Shown here: one piece after another, positions 1 through 13,700 of the stretch
Layout of the letters: the number at the start of each line of letters is the position of its first letter
Position numbering within the stretch: position 1 is the first letter of the stretch
Origin: Camelus dromedarius
Taxonomy: Eukaryota
Length of the DNA stretch: 64,000 nucleotides
Direction: 5' to 3'
NCBI RefSeq assembly: GCF_036321535.1
Contig: NC_087437.1
Span: forward strand, 87,174,001-87,238,000
Notes under the pieces: generated by a model
Told to the model about the DNA's origin: nothing
Database searches by the model: none
The model's input: only the letters and a program-made list of their open reading frames with translations
Translations under genes and position numbers: made by a program

Positions 1-1049
1 TTTGTGGTTTCAAACATTATCGTAATACAAATCATAACTTTGTTATCTCTATTTACTATCCAAATAAATTTTAGTTCAACTGTCTACAAGATATTTCAGA
101 GAATATTCACAGATAAACCCAAAGTTCATGTGTAAATAATAGATGTGCCAACATACGTTTCCTAGAAAATACTTCTCTAAATTCTGCTTCTAATTTTACA
201 CCTGATGACCAGTTTCTGCTTTCATGACTAAATGTGACTAATGCTGGCATATTTTAAGGCAGTTGTTTGCACTAGGTTAGCAGCAGGATGGCTCCTAGCA
301 GCATTTTTCTATTATTACACGGCTCCAGAATCCTTCAGCGTCTAGAGCTACATGACACCTAAAATGGTAACGTGTCCCAGTTTGCTTTCTGTACTGTGAC
401 CTTCCTCTAAATACGAGGCCTGAATCCATTCTGGTGAATTAAGGAGACTCATAATACTACACTGAAGCAGTACACTGGAAAGAAAATATTCTGGTGCGAT
501 GTCCTAGTCAATTTTATACCCTAGTTAATGGAGAAGTAATTCCTAAATCTCACAACCATTTAGATTGCTATATATACCATTTAGCATTTATTTCTACTTT
601 ATTTTACATATATATTACATATAAAATATATAAAACATGTAATATATATGTAACACATACCACTTTATATATGTTTTATAGAGAGAGATATATATAGTGG
701 TGATTTTAAGGGTGTATTTTACCCTTATTTGTATTAATTATCATTGTTTAGTACTTTAAAATCTTAGCCTTATTGTTTTGAAGACAATTAACCTTTCATT
801 CCAATAAAACTGGATCCAAGAGGGTCAGGGGTAGTACATCATTTTCAATATTAACAATCATCCAGTAGTCCTGTAGATATTAAATGTAAGTTAATGAATG
901 CTGTATAGTGAAATGTGATTTCTAAAACCAAATGCCTAGGATTCTCCTCTTGGATTTGGTGTTCCTTCACCAGGCTTGCCTGGTCCCCAACAGTCATGCA
1001 CTGTTTTCTACTGAGTAGACAATTATCAAAGTTTTGATATGTATAATCT

Positions 1050-1216
1050 AATATAATCCCCATAACTAACCCATAGGGTAAAAATTATTAATAGCCTCCT
1101 CCAATAGATAAGGACACTAAGCTACCGAATTATTAGGTTGACACCCTCTAGGAAGTAACAGAGAGAAGACTTGAATCTAGGCACTGTAGCTCACAGACAG
1201 TACTCTTAATCACACT
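1050..1216 (-). mobile_element. MIR SINE fragment
   Basis: Reverse-oriented MIR core-like sequence (cccatagggta...ttattaatagcctcc...gacttgaatctaggcactgtagctc...tactcttaatcac), highly diverged. Confidence 0.6.
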
Positions 1217-1900
1217 TCTCTGTTGACTTAGTTTTGTTTATTTTAATTTTTTTCTGGTTTTTATTATTATCTTAAGGGGGAGGCTTGTCACTCTTTCATT
1301 TACATACAATTCAAAATTCTTCTTTTCCCTGCTCTGCTCTTCCCAGTGCCTACACAGTGAGCTACTCTTGGATCTTTAAGTCCTAATTCATATGGCGCCA
1401 TGTCTGTCAAGATTTTTTTCCCTCCTTGCTAAGCCGGAGTGCCGTACTCCTCAGCTGTACATTTTGCATCACTTTCTAAATAATTCTATTATTGTATATA
1501 TTACCTCCTCCTGCACTGATTCCTTAAACATTTTTCTCCAAAGAGGTTACATTTTCCCTGAAGGTAAATTTATGTGATCTTTAAGAGTACACATTCTTTG
1601 TGAAGCTGCAGAATCCAGCAGAGTGCTTGAAAATTTATATACTTGCAGGGGAAGATCAGATAAAAGTGCAGAGCTGGTTTGGCACAATGGGGTCTCAAGG
1701 AAACTGTGGCAAGCTAGACAGTATGTTAATGGTCTGAAGAAATTCCATTTTAATTTTTTGTAAACGCTGTTGTCTCATCTGACACAATATCTAATGGGGG
1801 TCATACAGTAACTATTTGCTCAACCAAGGAAGGAGAAACATTATATTCTAATTTTTCCCATTAAAAAGCCCAAAATAAACACCATAGGCATTTAACTATG

Positions 1901-2292
1901 TGTTATGGATTGAACTGGGTCTCTTCCTAAATTTGTAAGTTGACGTTCTAACCCCCAGTACCTCAGGATGTAACCGTATTTGGAGATAAAGTCTTTAAAG
2001 AGACAATTAAATTAAAACAAGGTTGTTAGGGTGAACCCTAATGCAACATGACTGGGGGCCTTTTAAGAAAAGGATTATTTGGGCACAGACAGGTACAGAG
2101 AAAAACTATGTGAAGACACAGGAAGAAGAGAGCCATGTATAATCCAGAGAGAGGCTTTGCATCATGGCCCTGGAAGGAACCAACACTGCTGACACCTTGA
2201 TCTTGGACTCCTAGCTTGCAAAAAAATAAATTTTTGTTGTTTAAGCCACCCAGTCTGTGATACTTGTTGTGGCAGCCCTAGAAAGGAATACA
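1901..2292 (+). mobile_element. MaLR solo LTR, MLT1B-like
   Basis: Starts TGTTATGGATTGAA. Contains ctaacccccagtacctcaggatgtaaccgtatttggagata, gctgacaccttgatcttggact, aataaattt..tgttgtttaagccacccagtctgtg. Ends ...GAATACA (TG...CA termini). Confidence 0.9.
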
Positions 2293-2317
2293 TCATGTAA
2301 TAACATTTATGCAAAAT

Positions 2318-2547
2318 TTTCTTTCTTTTTTTCATTCAAGTATAGTCAATTTACAATGTTGTGTCAATTTCTGGTATATAGCATAATGTTTCAGTCATAC
2401 ATATACATACATATATTCATTTTCATATTCTTTTTCATCACACATTACTACAAGATACTGAATATTGCTCCCTGTGCTAAACAGTATAAACATTGTTTCT
2501 CTATTTTATATATAGTAGCTAGTTATCTGCAAATCTCGAACTCCAAG
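2318..2547 (-). mobile_element. LINE-1 3' end fragment (cetartiodactyl-type)
   Basis: T-rich tail followed by aagtatagtcaatttacaatgttgtgtcaatttctggt...tacaagatactgaatattgctccctgtgcta, the antisense 3'UTR typical of artiodactyl L1. Confidence 0.8.
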
Positions 2548-3685
2548 TTAGAGATAACCAAAATTTTAAAGTTTAATATTCCAATAAAGGTTATGTTTTT
2601 GATGCTTAGTTAATTGGTTGATTTATATATTGTTCTTTAAAATTTGTGGTTCATAGGTTTTCATAGATGTGCTTGGCAAACAGAATTTTGGAGAGAATTA
2701 GAAAAAGAATTTAAGACCTTTTATTATAATCAAACCAGACTAGAAAAATTAAGTATTTTATCAGCTTTTTCTAGCAAGGCTTAAAAAGATAAGTAAAGGA
2801 ATGTGTGACCTGATTTCAATAAGACATATAGAATGTATCAAAGAAGGATATCTAGCCTTTAGGTGAAGTAGTCATGAAACAGTTAAGCAGTCAAGCCTTG
2901 AACTGCTACAGATGGAGGATGTTTAATGGTGTTACACAGGAAGCATCTTAGAGTCCAAGTTTTTGCACAATGAGAGACCTGTTTTCAGCTTAGACCTAAC
3001 ATTGAAATTATGCTTCCAAATAAAAGTAGTTGAGTTTAAAATTTGTTTTCTGTTATTATATCTGGGTAGAAAATAACAGGGCTATTGCACAAAGGAAGAC
3101 ATATATTAATAATAAATTGCAGAACATATTGAACAAAATTAATGTCTCCTTTCTAATTCCATTGTTAAAAATAGAGTGATTACAATGATGTCTTAAAAAT
3201 AGCAGCTGATGTGGAAAAAAATATTCCAAACTAAAGCAAGAGTTCTTTTTTGGAATAAAAGCAACCGTGGGCAGGGCAAGTTTATCTGGGGAAAGTTGAT
3301 ATGAGACAATGAATAACTCAAAGAAATATCTTCTGCAAATCAGGGCTTTTCCAGAAGAGATACGTGATTCAGAATAGAGCTAGGTTTCTTAGCAGTTTTC
3401 AATACTATACTTGGAATGAAGGATCAGATATTAATACTAATGCAATAGAAGTTTAGACATTAATGGCAATCCCACATTATATTCATTATATTCTATGATA
3501 GGGTTCTCATTTCATAATGCAGGATCAATCTTTTTTGTTTAGTCCTCTTCTAAACTCAAATTTATTCTCTTCAAAACATTTTATAAATGTTTTCTAAGCA
3601 AACAGGAATCCATTTTACTACTACACTCCAGGCACAAGTGTCTCATTTAGGTAGAAAATGAAAGAAGCTCTTATTACAATCTTAT

Positions 3686-4400
3686 ATTCAATCCATTCAA
3701 AAGTATTTATTGAGGGCCTATTGTGAGCCAGACAATATTCAAGACTGGGTCTACAGCCAGTGGGGTGAAAAAACAAGCAGCAAAGCCCCATGTTCCATGG
3801 AACTTATTTTCTAGGGGAAGAAAGAAATCAGTTAATGAAAAATCAAAGCATGTAAAGGATACAGTGGTCAAGAACCACCATGCTGATCAACTGTTATGGG
3901 CAGAGTTCTGAGGCATGTGAGGAAGGACACTATTTATTAAGACGAGAAGACTAACTGCAGAGGAGCAGGTCTGGGGAGGAAAATGAAGGTATTTTTGGAT
4001 ATATGGATTATGGATACCTATTAGACATCCAAACAAAGATGGCAACATGTCCTTGTGAGTCTGGAATTTAGACACACAATGAAGACAGAGATACACTGTA
4101 GGATCCGTCAATCCACAGATGGTGAGAGTGGCTAGGAAATAGCTGTGTAGAGGAGAGACTTGAAGAGTGAGTTCTAGAGTTGTTCGTTATTAGAAATCAA
4201 GAATATTGGGAGAATCTAGCAAAAGAGTCAGAAGAGAAGTGACCAGTAAAGCAAAAACTATGCTCCAACACCAAATAAATAAAAAGTTTCTATAAGAAGA
4301 AGATAATTAATAATAAGCTTTGTCAAATGCTCCTGCTGGATGAGAAAGTTAGGTTGAGGACTGAGCCACTGAGTCTAGTAACATGGATGTCATTGGGAGC
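3686..4400 (-). mobile_element. L2 LINE 3' fragment
   Basis: attcaatccattcaa..tatttattgagggcctattgtgagccagac (reverse of the L2 3' terminus), then L2-like acctattagacatccaa and tgtcaaatgctcctgct..tgaggactgag. Confidence 0.75.
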
Positions 4401-4902
4401 CCATTACAGAACAAGACTTTAGGTGGCTTATTCAAATCTGGATGTGCTTTATCTAGTTGTTTATTCAACAACATTTTATTATGTGTGAGCATTAAACAGG
4501 TAACTATGAAAAAAAAGAACCCATTTCTTTTCATAAATCAAATCATTAAATCACAAAGCAAATGAAAACAAAATGCCACATATGAGATAGTTTCCTTTTT
4601 TATTATCAGAATAAAGTAAGTTGTTTTATATTACCTAAAATTTTATATTTCTTCAGATTTCTTGTTTTTCTTTAGGATATACTCCCTATATAATTTAAAA
4701 TATATTCAAATTTGTCAAAGAAAACAGATTTAGGTGCTAAGAGAATTTTTCTGCTAATATGTAATAGATTTACTTTTCAACAAGCCAAGATAGTTGCTAT
4801 ATTGTATTCCTCAACCCAGTCCTTTCTGTGATGCCACAGAGCTGTCATGACCTCCAGGTAAGTGCCTACAGTGACAAGGCTGCTGCTTAATTTAGACTTT
4901 CC

Positions 4903-4923
4903 ATACACACACATACACATGTG

Positions 4924-4954
<31 letters not shown>

Positions 4955-4955
4955 G
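4903..4955. repeat. compound (CA)n(TA)n microsatellite
   Basis: Directly visible dinucleotide runs. Confidence 0.9.
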
Positions 4956-7900
4956 AATACATACTTTCTATGATATTTAACAATTAATTCTAAGAATACA
5001 CGTAATCAAAAGAAGGAAACATTTTTAGAATTATACTAATAAATCCAAATTCATTATTTAATTTAAGTAACATTTACTTTATATTCACTATGTTCATAAA
5101 CATTCAAGTAACTTTACCAACATTTATCTGTACTTCTTACTGAAGGTACTAATATTATAGATTTACGTTTAAGACACTAATTTGATGTAACCACATGCTA
5201 AAAGGCTTCTATGTAGTTAACTCTGTAACAAAAGTAAAGTATTCACATGAAAATATTAGTGAAAATAAAAAAGGATAAAAGTTGGGGGTACTCCCAGAAA
5301 GAATAAATTCACCATGTGAAGTGAGAATCTGAACTGTACACTGTTGCTAAGTTCAATACACTTTCATGATTAATATAAATTTGAAAAGATTTACATTATT
5401 GGAAGGGAAAAAAAGCAGCAATCATTTTCCATGCCATTACTCAGAGCTCTCTAAAATGGGCACATAGAAAATTAAAAGACTAAAAACATAGCTCAGGTAA
5501 CAAAAAATGCAACAAATTCAACAAACAGGTGCATAAAGTATCATTTCCTTGCTTTAACAAGTCTTTGAAATGTTATATTTCTACACAATGGAATTTCCTA
5601 TAGAGTTTGCTATTCACAACCTTTTTTCCCATTGTCATTCACCTAAACACTGAGTGTACTGTGGAACTAGCACTGCTGGGCTGAATGAAACTGTAAAAAG
5701 CACCAGCTGGCTGTTTTCAAAATGGCACTTGTCCAGGTCTCAAATGTCTTATTTATATACAATGGAATTCTGCCAGCTGTTTAATATTTAGGGCTAATAA
5801 ATGTAATTGACAGTACTACACAAGCACAACTAACAAAATATCAGAAAATACTTCTCAATGTGAAGTTTGACTTGTTCTCATTTCATATAATTGAATTTGT
5901 GACAGTGGAAAATGAGTTTAAGCAGTTTTTCTTTTGAAACAATAAAAAAAAATTTTTAAGAAAAAAATGTAAACTAAGCTGTAGGTGAGTTGTAAGCTTA
6001 CCATCTGGTCTACATTTTATTAAACTGGGGGCATATATTGATAGGTAAAGCTTACGCCATTACACGGATGAACAGAGGTATTTAGGCAGGTCCCTGGGCC
6101 TCTCAGACAAGGTAAAGGTTATTAAGCCCTTGAGGAAGTCACAATCCAGTGTCAAGATAGATTAGTATCTCATGATAATACTGTTTTCACTAAGATTTTA
6201 CTAAGAGAGGCTTATATGAAAAGTAAAACGGAGCCACTAACAATGAAAATAATAAAAAGTATAATATTGTGATTTAGATTTTCATTTCTAGAAACATGCA
6301 CCTCAGAATGGGAGGGAGGAAGAAAAGGGCCTTTCCTGCAAATGGAATAGGCAGGTTTTTATATGCTTTACCTTTGACTGATTGACAAGGTGATCTTCCT
6401 TTCAAAATATCACTTTTTAAGACAACAGAAATTCCACTCTTAAGTCATTATTTCATCCAAATCAGGCTGCTTGTCCCTGCAAGTGGCGGCACCCCTGAGT
6501 GCACTAGTGCATCAAACTTAAGCTGTCATTCGCCTAATAGCGTGAGGATCCGAAGCAAGAATGCTCTGGTAGGTAGCAGAGGGGTGGAAGGCAGGCTGTG
6601 TGGGAGTGTGAGGACCCTGAAGTCTCCTTTTGCACATCTACTAGATATACATCAAACACAAGCCCCTTTCTGAATACTCAGCCAGTTAAATGCCTAGTTC
6701 ATCCACAGCTAGGGCTGGATCAGTCATCTGACATTTCATCACGCACCTAGGGAACAGCAAGTTCACCACACTTCTAGTTTGTGCTTTTTTTTTTAATTTC
6801 CAAAATTTAAAAACATGTTTGATATGTTCAAAAGAAAAAAAAAACATAAATAAGTTATTTTCAGGAGAAAAGTTAGCCCTTTGCTGACCTTTCTTATGTA
6901 TCACTGATACTGTTTTGACTGAATTATGTAACACAGTATAGCATAGTGTCTGGGTTGAGGTTCGTCCCCTGATCATAGGTGCACATGCACAGTCATACAC
7001 TGTCTTCACAGCACATACATGCAGATAAAGATGGAGCTCTTATCAGAAGAACAACCTAGAAATGCCGGGGGTGGGGAGCAAATTATAAAGTTGGCTCTTC
7101 TGTTTAGACACATAGGAATCAAGAACATGCTTTCCAAATTGGAGGTACCAATCTCTGCTCATCATAGACACAAAACTTGGGAGCACTTGGATGATTTAAT
7201 TCTGGGAACAGAAGTTCCTCTCTTGGTATCACTGCTGCTGCTTCTTTTCCTAAGGCCTCTATCTTCCCATCTGATTCCCCTTCATCATCTTGCTACAAAA
7301 CATCCAGCCTTATTAGAAAAGCAGGAGAGAAATGGTAAAACGATTCCATTTTCAAGAGTTTTGTTTCATTTTTGTTATAGTAATCACAACAGATACCAGG
7401 AATTCTGGCATGAAAAAAATCTGAATGCCATGGAAAATCTTTCATTGATTTTTTCAAAAGAGCTTTCAGCATGTGTTTATATTTTGGATTATCCTCCTGA
7501 AAAACATAAGAGTTTGGTTGTTCCAGTGCTTGTTTATTTTAGACTACTATACTGACTGCTACTTTGTAATTTCTGCATATGATTATTGAAAGTGGGATCA
7601 CTTATGGCATATCTAAACTAAATTCAAAACAACCGGAATGTAATTAGATTAATGCCAATGTAAACCACCAACCCAAAGAATGGAGGTCTTTTAAACACAA
7701 ATTGAGTGCGATGGTTTTGATGCCACAAAATCCCTGTGGCCTGGAATGTACTAAGATACCATTGCTGTGGAGGGAGCTCCATCTTGAATGAAGTCACTCA
7801 AACAAATCAACCAGCCGCTCAGCTACTTTTACATGCTTATCCTCATGTTTGCTTCTTGAATGCAAAGGAAAATAACACTTCCCTTAGGGGAACTGGTTCT

Positions 7901-8762
7901 TTCAATTTCCAACTATCTGAGATTAAGCTGAGTAAGAAAGACTATCATTTTTTTTGCCAGTGATCTCTATAACTACTTGGTCCTTGAAACATTTGAAGAA
8001 TACCAACATCCTGAAAATTCCAAATGTTGCTCTGAATCAACTGAATATTTTAAAAGAACAGGAGCAAATTTTTAAAGAACAGCAAGAAAAGCTGACACTT
8101 GAAAATGTTCATAAAAATTATGCCCCAAATATTTTTATATTCATGGGATATATAATGGATCATTTAAATTTCAATAATTTTATTTAATACACAGAATCTT
8201 ATAGACTTTTACAGTCATAATTACATACAAGCCTAGAGTTTTCCAAAGGAATTTCAGCTAGGACGCCAGTATAAAATCTGTAGTTGCTCCCCAATTCCTA
8301 AAAAATGGCAGCTACTTTTGAGTCACTCAAAAAAAAGGTATAAAGAGTTTAAAATTCAAGATTTCTGCTAATAAAGTGGAAAGAACAGAAATTCTTTGAA
8401 AAGAAATCATATTAACAGAAGAGGACTAGAATGCATCTGTTTTCTTTAAACAAATTCTTTTTTAAAATAAAGTAGATTAAATCACCACAGAAAAAAATTG
8501 CTTGTGTGGAATGTATGTGTGTATATATGTGTATATTTCAGAAATTTAAACGATGATTAAGGACTTAAGTGATAGAGAAGGAAGGTGCAAGACTGAAAAT
8601 ATGAAAATATTATGGCCCTGTGGGCTCAATACATGCTGTGATCAGGATAATGTTATCATGTTTTTGGGTATTTGGTGCAGTGGCACAGCAAGAGAAGATC
8701 TAATTGCAGCCTTGAAAAAAGACCAAATCTTGCAGACCCCACCCAAAGCATGATCCCAACGT

Positions 8763-9104
8763 TGTCTTGGCTTGAGTTATTCTAAGAAATTACCATAGAT
8801 TAGGTGGCTTAAACAACAAAAATTCATTTCGCATAGTTCTAGAAACTATGGATCCAGCGTGGAGTGAGGGTTCACTTCCTGATTTGCAAATAGCCACCTC
8901 TGTTTTGTATCCTTGCATGGCAGACAGCAGAGAGAGATCATGTCTCTTGTGTTTCTTTCTGTAAGGGCACTAATCCCATTCAAGAAGGCTCCATCCTCAT
9001 GACTTGGTCACTTTCCAGAGGTCCACCTCCAAATCCCATCACCGTGAGGATTTAGGCTTCAATATATACATCTTCAGGGGGACATGAACGTTCAGCCCAT
9101 AGCA
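8763..9104 (-). mobile_element. MaLR solo LTR, MLT1A-like
   Basis: taccatagattaggtggcttaaacaacaaaaattcatttc..agttctag; taagggcactaatcccattc; ends gttcagcccatagca. Confidence 0.85.
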
Positions 9105-10436
9105 AGGACTACCCAAAATGGGATAAACATGTCTCCAGGGCTCAGAAAAACATGGGAGGCAGAGGGAATATATGAGATATTTCACTTATGTTCATGAGGA
9201 ACAATTTTTAATTTATATTTCATTTTAACTTTATGTACAGTATATTCAGAGGTATATGTACACATTTAACAACTGAATCTATAGGTATGCTTAAATATCA
9301 TGGAAGCTCAATAATTATTTTAATTATCAGGGTATATCATCAAAGAGTTTGGATGGTTTTAAATTATATTAAGAATCTGACTTCAAGAATTACCTTTCTG
9401 AATCCTAAAAATAAAATCACATTTGTAATCAGTTTTCCTCTCAGGCTCGGAAATGTCTGACATTCTAACAAGTTTCAGTGCCTGCTTTGTAAATACTAAT
9501 CCAAAGACCAAGTTATTTATCATAGATAAATTTCACTCAAAACATTTTAAAACAAAGTGATGTGGGCATTTTTACATCACGTAGAGAGGTGGTTTTGATC
9601 TTTGTAAGGTTCCCTCAAAGGAAGTGAGTAGGGAGCATCTTACCTTCCTTACACAATTACAGAAGTAGAAAGACAGGCTAGGTTTATGCTGGTTTTATCT
9701 CAGTTTTCCAATATACACTATTTCCAAGTAAAGCAAAAGAATTACACACTCCCATACGTACAAATTTCATGTCTATAATTTTTAAAAACTTTAAGCCATA
9801 CTTTCCCTGTTCAAATTTTGTACTGTATATACAGTGACTTTTCCTTTTACTATTCAACAGACTTCAACATTTTCCTCTTCCTGGTATAATGTAATCTGTA
9901 TCTTTTGAAACTACTGATATAAGTAAAAATCAAGATTATATGAAGAGTCAATTTGACATCTATTCAAACTATAAAATTTCCTACACTAAACTATTAATGC
10001 ATTCCTATCTCTTAGTTTTAAAGGACACCCTGATATATTTAAACTTCAGTGACTGGGCTACTCTCCATGATGAAAAGCCATATTTTCTGTACTGCACACA
10101 CTACACCACTAGCAATTACACATTCCTGGACTGATCTCTTACAGATGTCAAGAGAATTTGATGAAAGAATGTTCTCAGAATGGAGGCAAGTCTGGGACAG
10201 TAAAGTGCCACCACAGTACGCCCTTGCTGTAGGAAATAAAGGCTGGGACGAGACCAAAGTTTATTTTTCAATGGAAGGAGGGGTTGGGGGTGGGGGGAAG
10301 CTGATTAAAATCATGGAAAAGAAAAGTGGAGGGAAAAGAGTAGAAGAGAAGAGAAATTTATGATCATCTGGTTAATAAATAAGAAAAAAAATTATAGTGA
10401 AATAGAGCTAACATATAAATAGGAATGGAAATAAGG

Positions 10437-10542
10437 AACATCATTTGTTAAATGGCCTCTAAGTGCCCATGGCTGCTTAAATAGTTTATATGCAGTATTT
10501 CATTAATCTTCCCAGCAACCTTTAAAGAAAGTACTAGTATTT
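10437..10542 (-). mobile_element. MIR fragment
   Basis: tttatatgcagtatttcattaatcttcccagcaaccttt..gtactagtatt resembles the reverse MIR 3' half. Confidence 0.5.
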
Positions 10543-10613
10543 GGTCAAGGAATAGTAATTTGAAGCACTGGAAACTGGGGCTTCCTCTGGAGACTGTCAC
10601 ACTACCACGCTTT

Positions 10614-10783
10614 CAGTGCTGGCTTTGGGGGGCATGTAATCTGTGCAGCTGCATGGATCTCTGTGCTTAGCGGGGCCTGCATATGGTTCAATGCTTTACT
10701 GTCACCATCTTAAAACTGTTCACAATTTTGAACACAGAATTTTCATTACACCTCGTACCTCTCAAATGATGTAGCCAGTACTG
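10614..10783 (+). mobile_element. MER91A-like hAT-Tip100 MITE
   Basis: Terminal inverted repeats CAGTGCTGGCT ... AGCCAGTACTG; internal ggttcaatgctttactgtcaccatcttaaaa..aattttgaaca; 170 bp. Confidence 0.8.
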
Positions 10784-13700
10784 ATACCTTAAAGCACGCT
10801 TATTGATCGCAGCACTAAAAATTTAGAAACTCAGACAAGTTTAAAACAACACACAGTAGTAAGCGCTTCAACATCTCTTTTCACTATCATCTTCGCCACA
10901 TTGTCTTTTAATTATTTTTCCAGCTTATTTGGCTGTATCCTTTTCTGAGATAGTTATTGATTACCTGCCTAATGGATCTATTTGAATGTCTGTCTCCTCA
11001 AAAATTTCAATCAGTGTACAAAACTGAACTATATGACAGAGTCTATAATTGCTGCCTTTTGTTATAAAAAAAACAGTTCTTCAGTAGAAATCAGAAGACC
11101 CAGACTGTATGGCATTACTCATTTATTTAAAGTATCTTTGTGATAGTTACTCAGCTAGATTGTGAACTACTCAGGAATTGTTCTGTCTTCTTCAAAACAT
11201 CTCCTGTAATTGTGAGGAGAAGGTAGACATCCAATAAATACATGTAAATTTATTGAAAGTCTAAAAAGAATGAGCTGTAGTATAAAGAGAAACAGGTAGA
11301 TTAAGAGAGTAGTTTAAATAATAAAACTAGGAGACTATTTTAAGTCTGTCAAACACGAGTTGCTTGATTATAATATAGGAGCATTTATGTTTAATACAAA
11401 GAAGCATTTTCAAAACAAATTCTAAGAAAGCAAATTTTAATTATTATATGTCAGACAGTATGGGAAAAGTTCTACTTAAAGTGGTTAACCATTCATTTGG
11501 TTTGTCCACATCTTGGTCTAAAGACTGTGACAAAATCTCCCTTTTTTTCTTTTCTTTTTTTTATTCTCTGGAAATTATTTTACCTCCTCCTATATAAGTA
11601 AGTCCTAACAAATTACACAACTGAACTTGCTCGAGTATTTCCTTATGGATTTCACTTGCAAAAATAAAAAAAAATGTTTTTCTTTCATGTAAAGTACAGG
11701 TTTACCACCTCAGAGTTTCATGAAAATAAGTCTTTTTTTTTTTTTCCTCTTAAAAAATAATGACAGAGAAAAATAAATGACAAAGCTGGAGTCAAGGAAT
11801 CTTGGAAACAGTCCAATTGTTTTATCAGCTGCACCACAAGGCAAGCAAACCTTAACCTCGCTTGGCCTTATAATACTACTAAACCACTGCTTTTTATACT
11901 CTGCATTTTGCATATATGAGCAAACTCTCCTCAGCTTAATACGCTGTTTACTGTAAAGTAAGCATAATGTCAAAACAACATTTGACCCAAAGCATCCGAG
12001 AGTGGTGGCTTTCTAACCAGCACTCCTGTCGCAGGCCAGGCAGCAAATACACACTATAGATTTCAGGGCATGGTCTCATCTTTCTCTTTGGGGAATTGAG
12101 CACACAGCTTTGAAAATCAAGAGATACGAGCTCCTGACTGTTTCTAGTAGAGCGGAAAACTTCGAGAAGAAAGAAACATCAGGACTGGAACTGCATAAAC
12201 AATGCCTAGATATTTCACATGCAATCTGGTCTAGCCTTTTTAGGTAATACAGAAGGAAAGGGAGGGCTGTAATGGAGAACATTTTTGAATGCATAGCTGT
12301 TTTGCTATCTTGTAATTGGTATACTGCAGATTTGTGGATTTTGAGGGAAAGAATTATTCACTCTGTTCTACAAAAGCGTAGAAACAAAAGGAACAGGTTT
12401 TGCAAATATCCTCAACTACACATCACATTGTTTTACTGTAAATTTTCTATTCTTTGATAATAGGAATTGATAGGAATAAACCAACCACATTTGAGCTATA
12501 TTATTGCATATTCAGACATTCAAATTACTTAGCCTCTAAGTCTCAAGGTATTTAAAAAAAAAAAAAACTGCTCTCAGTGAGACACTGATTTCATGCTGTG
12601 ACAAGCTCCAAAATGAAAACAACTACACACATGAGAGGGTTTTTTCACCAAACCGCAGCACTAAGCACAAATGAACCCCTGCTGGGAACATGTATCTACA
12701 AGTGTGAGTGTGTTTGACTTGGTGACACGGGTTTGTGACTCTATGTGTTAATAGGAAAAAGTGAAAAAAGGAGCTAGACAAGGATTTCATTGTCCATGTT
12801 TTTTGAAGATCTGTATTTTTTTTTTGTACTTCAAGTTTAAAAATATTGGAAGCATTTGAACATAACACTTAGCATTGCTCAAAGGCTGTCTTCACTACAG
12901 TTAACCACACAGTTCCCTGCTCTGCCCCATCAGTGACCTCAATCCAAACAAAAAAGATGAGAGAAGAGTCAAACTTTATACTTTCACATTCCCCTTGGAC
13001 TAGCCTGGACCCAAGATCACAAAGAGACTCAGTATGGATCATATGAATTCCTTCTTAGGTGGTGGTGTCTGTGCTCTATTATTTCAGAAATAAAGTCAGG
13101 CGGTAACTCATTCTTAAAGGTCCCCTCCTTTTTCTTTAATTAGACCTATTTAAAGCCCCTCCCCTGATAACTCTGTCTACACCTCACTGCAACGTGATAA
13201 TTGAGGGAAGAATCAGAGAAATAGAGGTCAGAGATCAGTATTATGCTAGGAAAAACACTGGAGACATATTATTTAGAAGCCCAAATCACATCCCTTTCCA
13301 ATATCATTTTACAATTTTTGTTTGGATCTTTGGAAAAATATGAAAATGCACATTACATAATTTAACACTGGAAGAAACCAAAGTACCATCTCTAAAATGG
13401 TTCATTAGAGGATAAAGAAATTATTTTCTTCAAGTTAAAAAAAGGAGAATGCAAATTCATTACATAATAAAATATAAGTGATATAATTTGTACCCCTAGC
13501 TTTTAGAAAGGCATCACACGTGAATAATACACCTATAGTTTTTAATATCATAAATATTTATTGATTATCTGATTATGGTCTGATATACCATGGTCAAAAG
13601 TTATAAAATTATGACCTTAAACATACAGAAAAAAGTTTCAGTCTCAAGATTTAGATGTTACTGATAAGCAACAATTGATATAAAATATACCTTTTATTTT

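Noticed and set aside
7019..7555. 178-aa ORF
   Set aside because: No recognisable domain, composition typical of random AT-rich DNA, no supporting gene structure.
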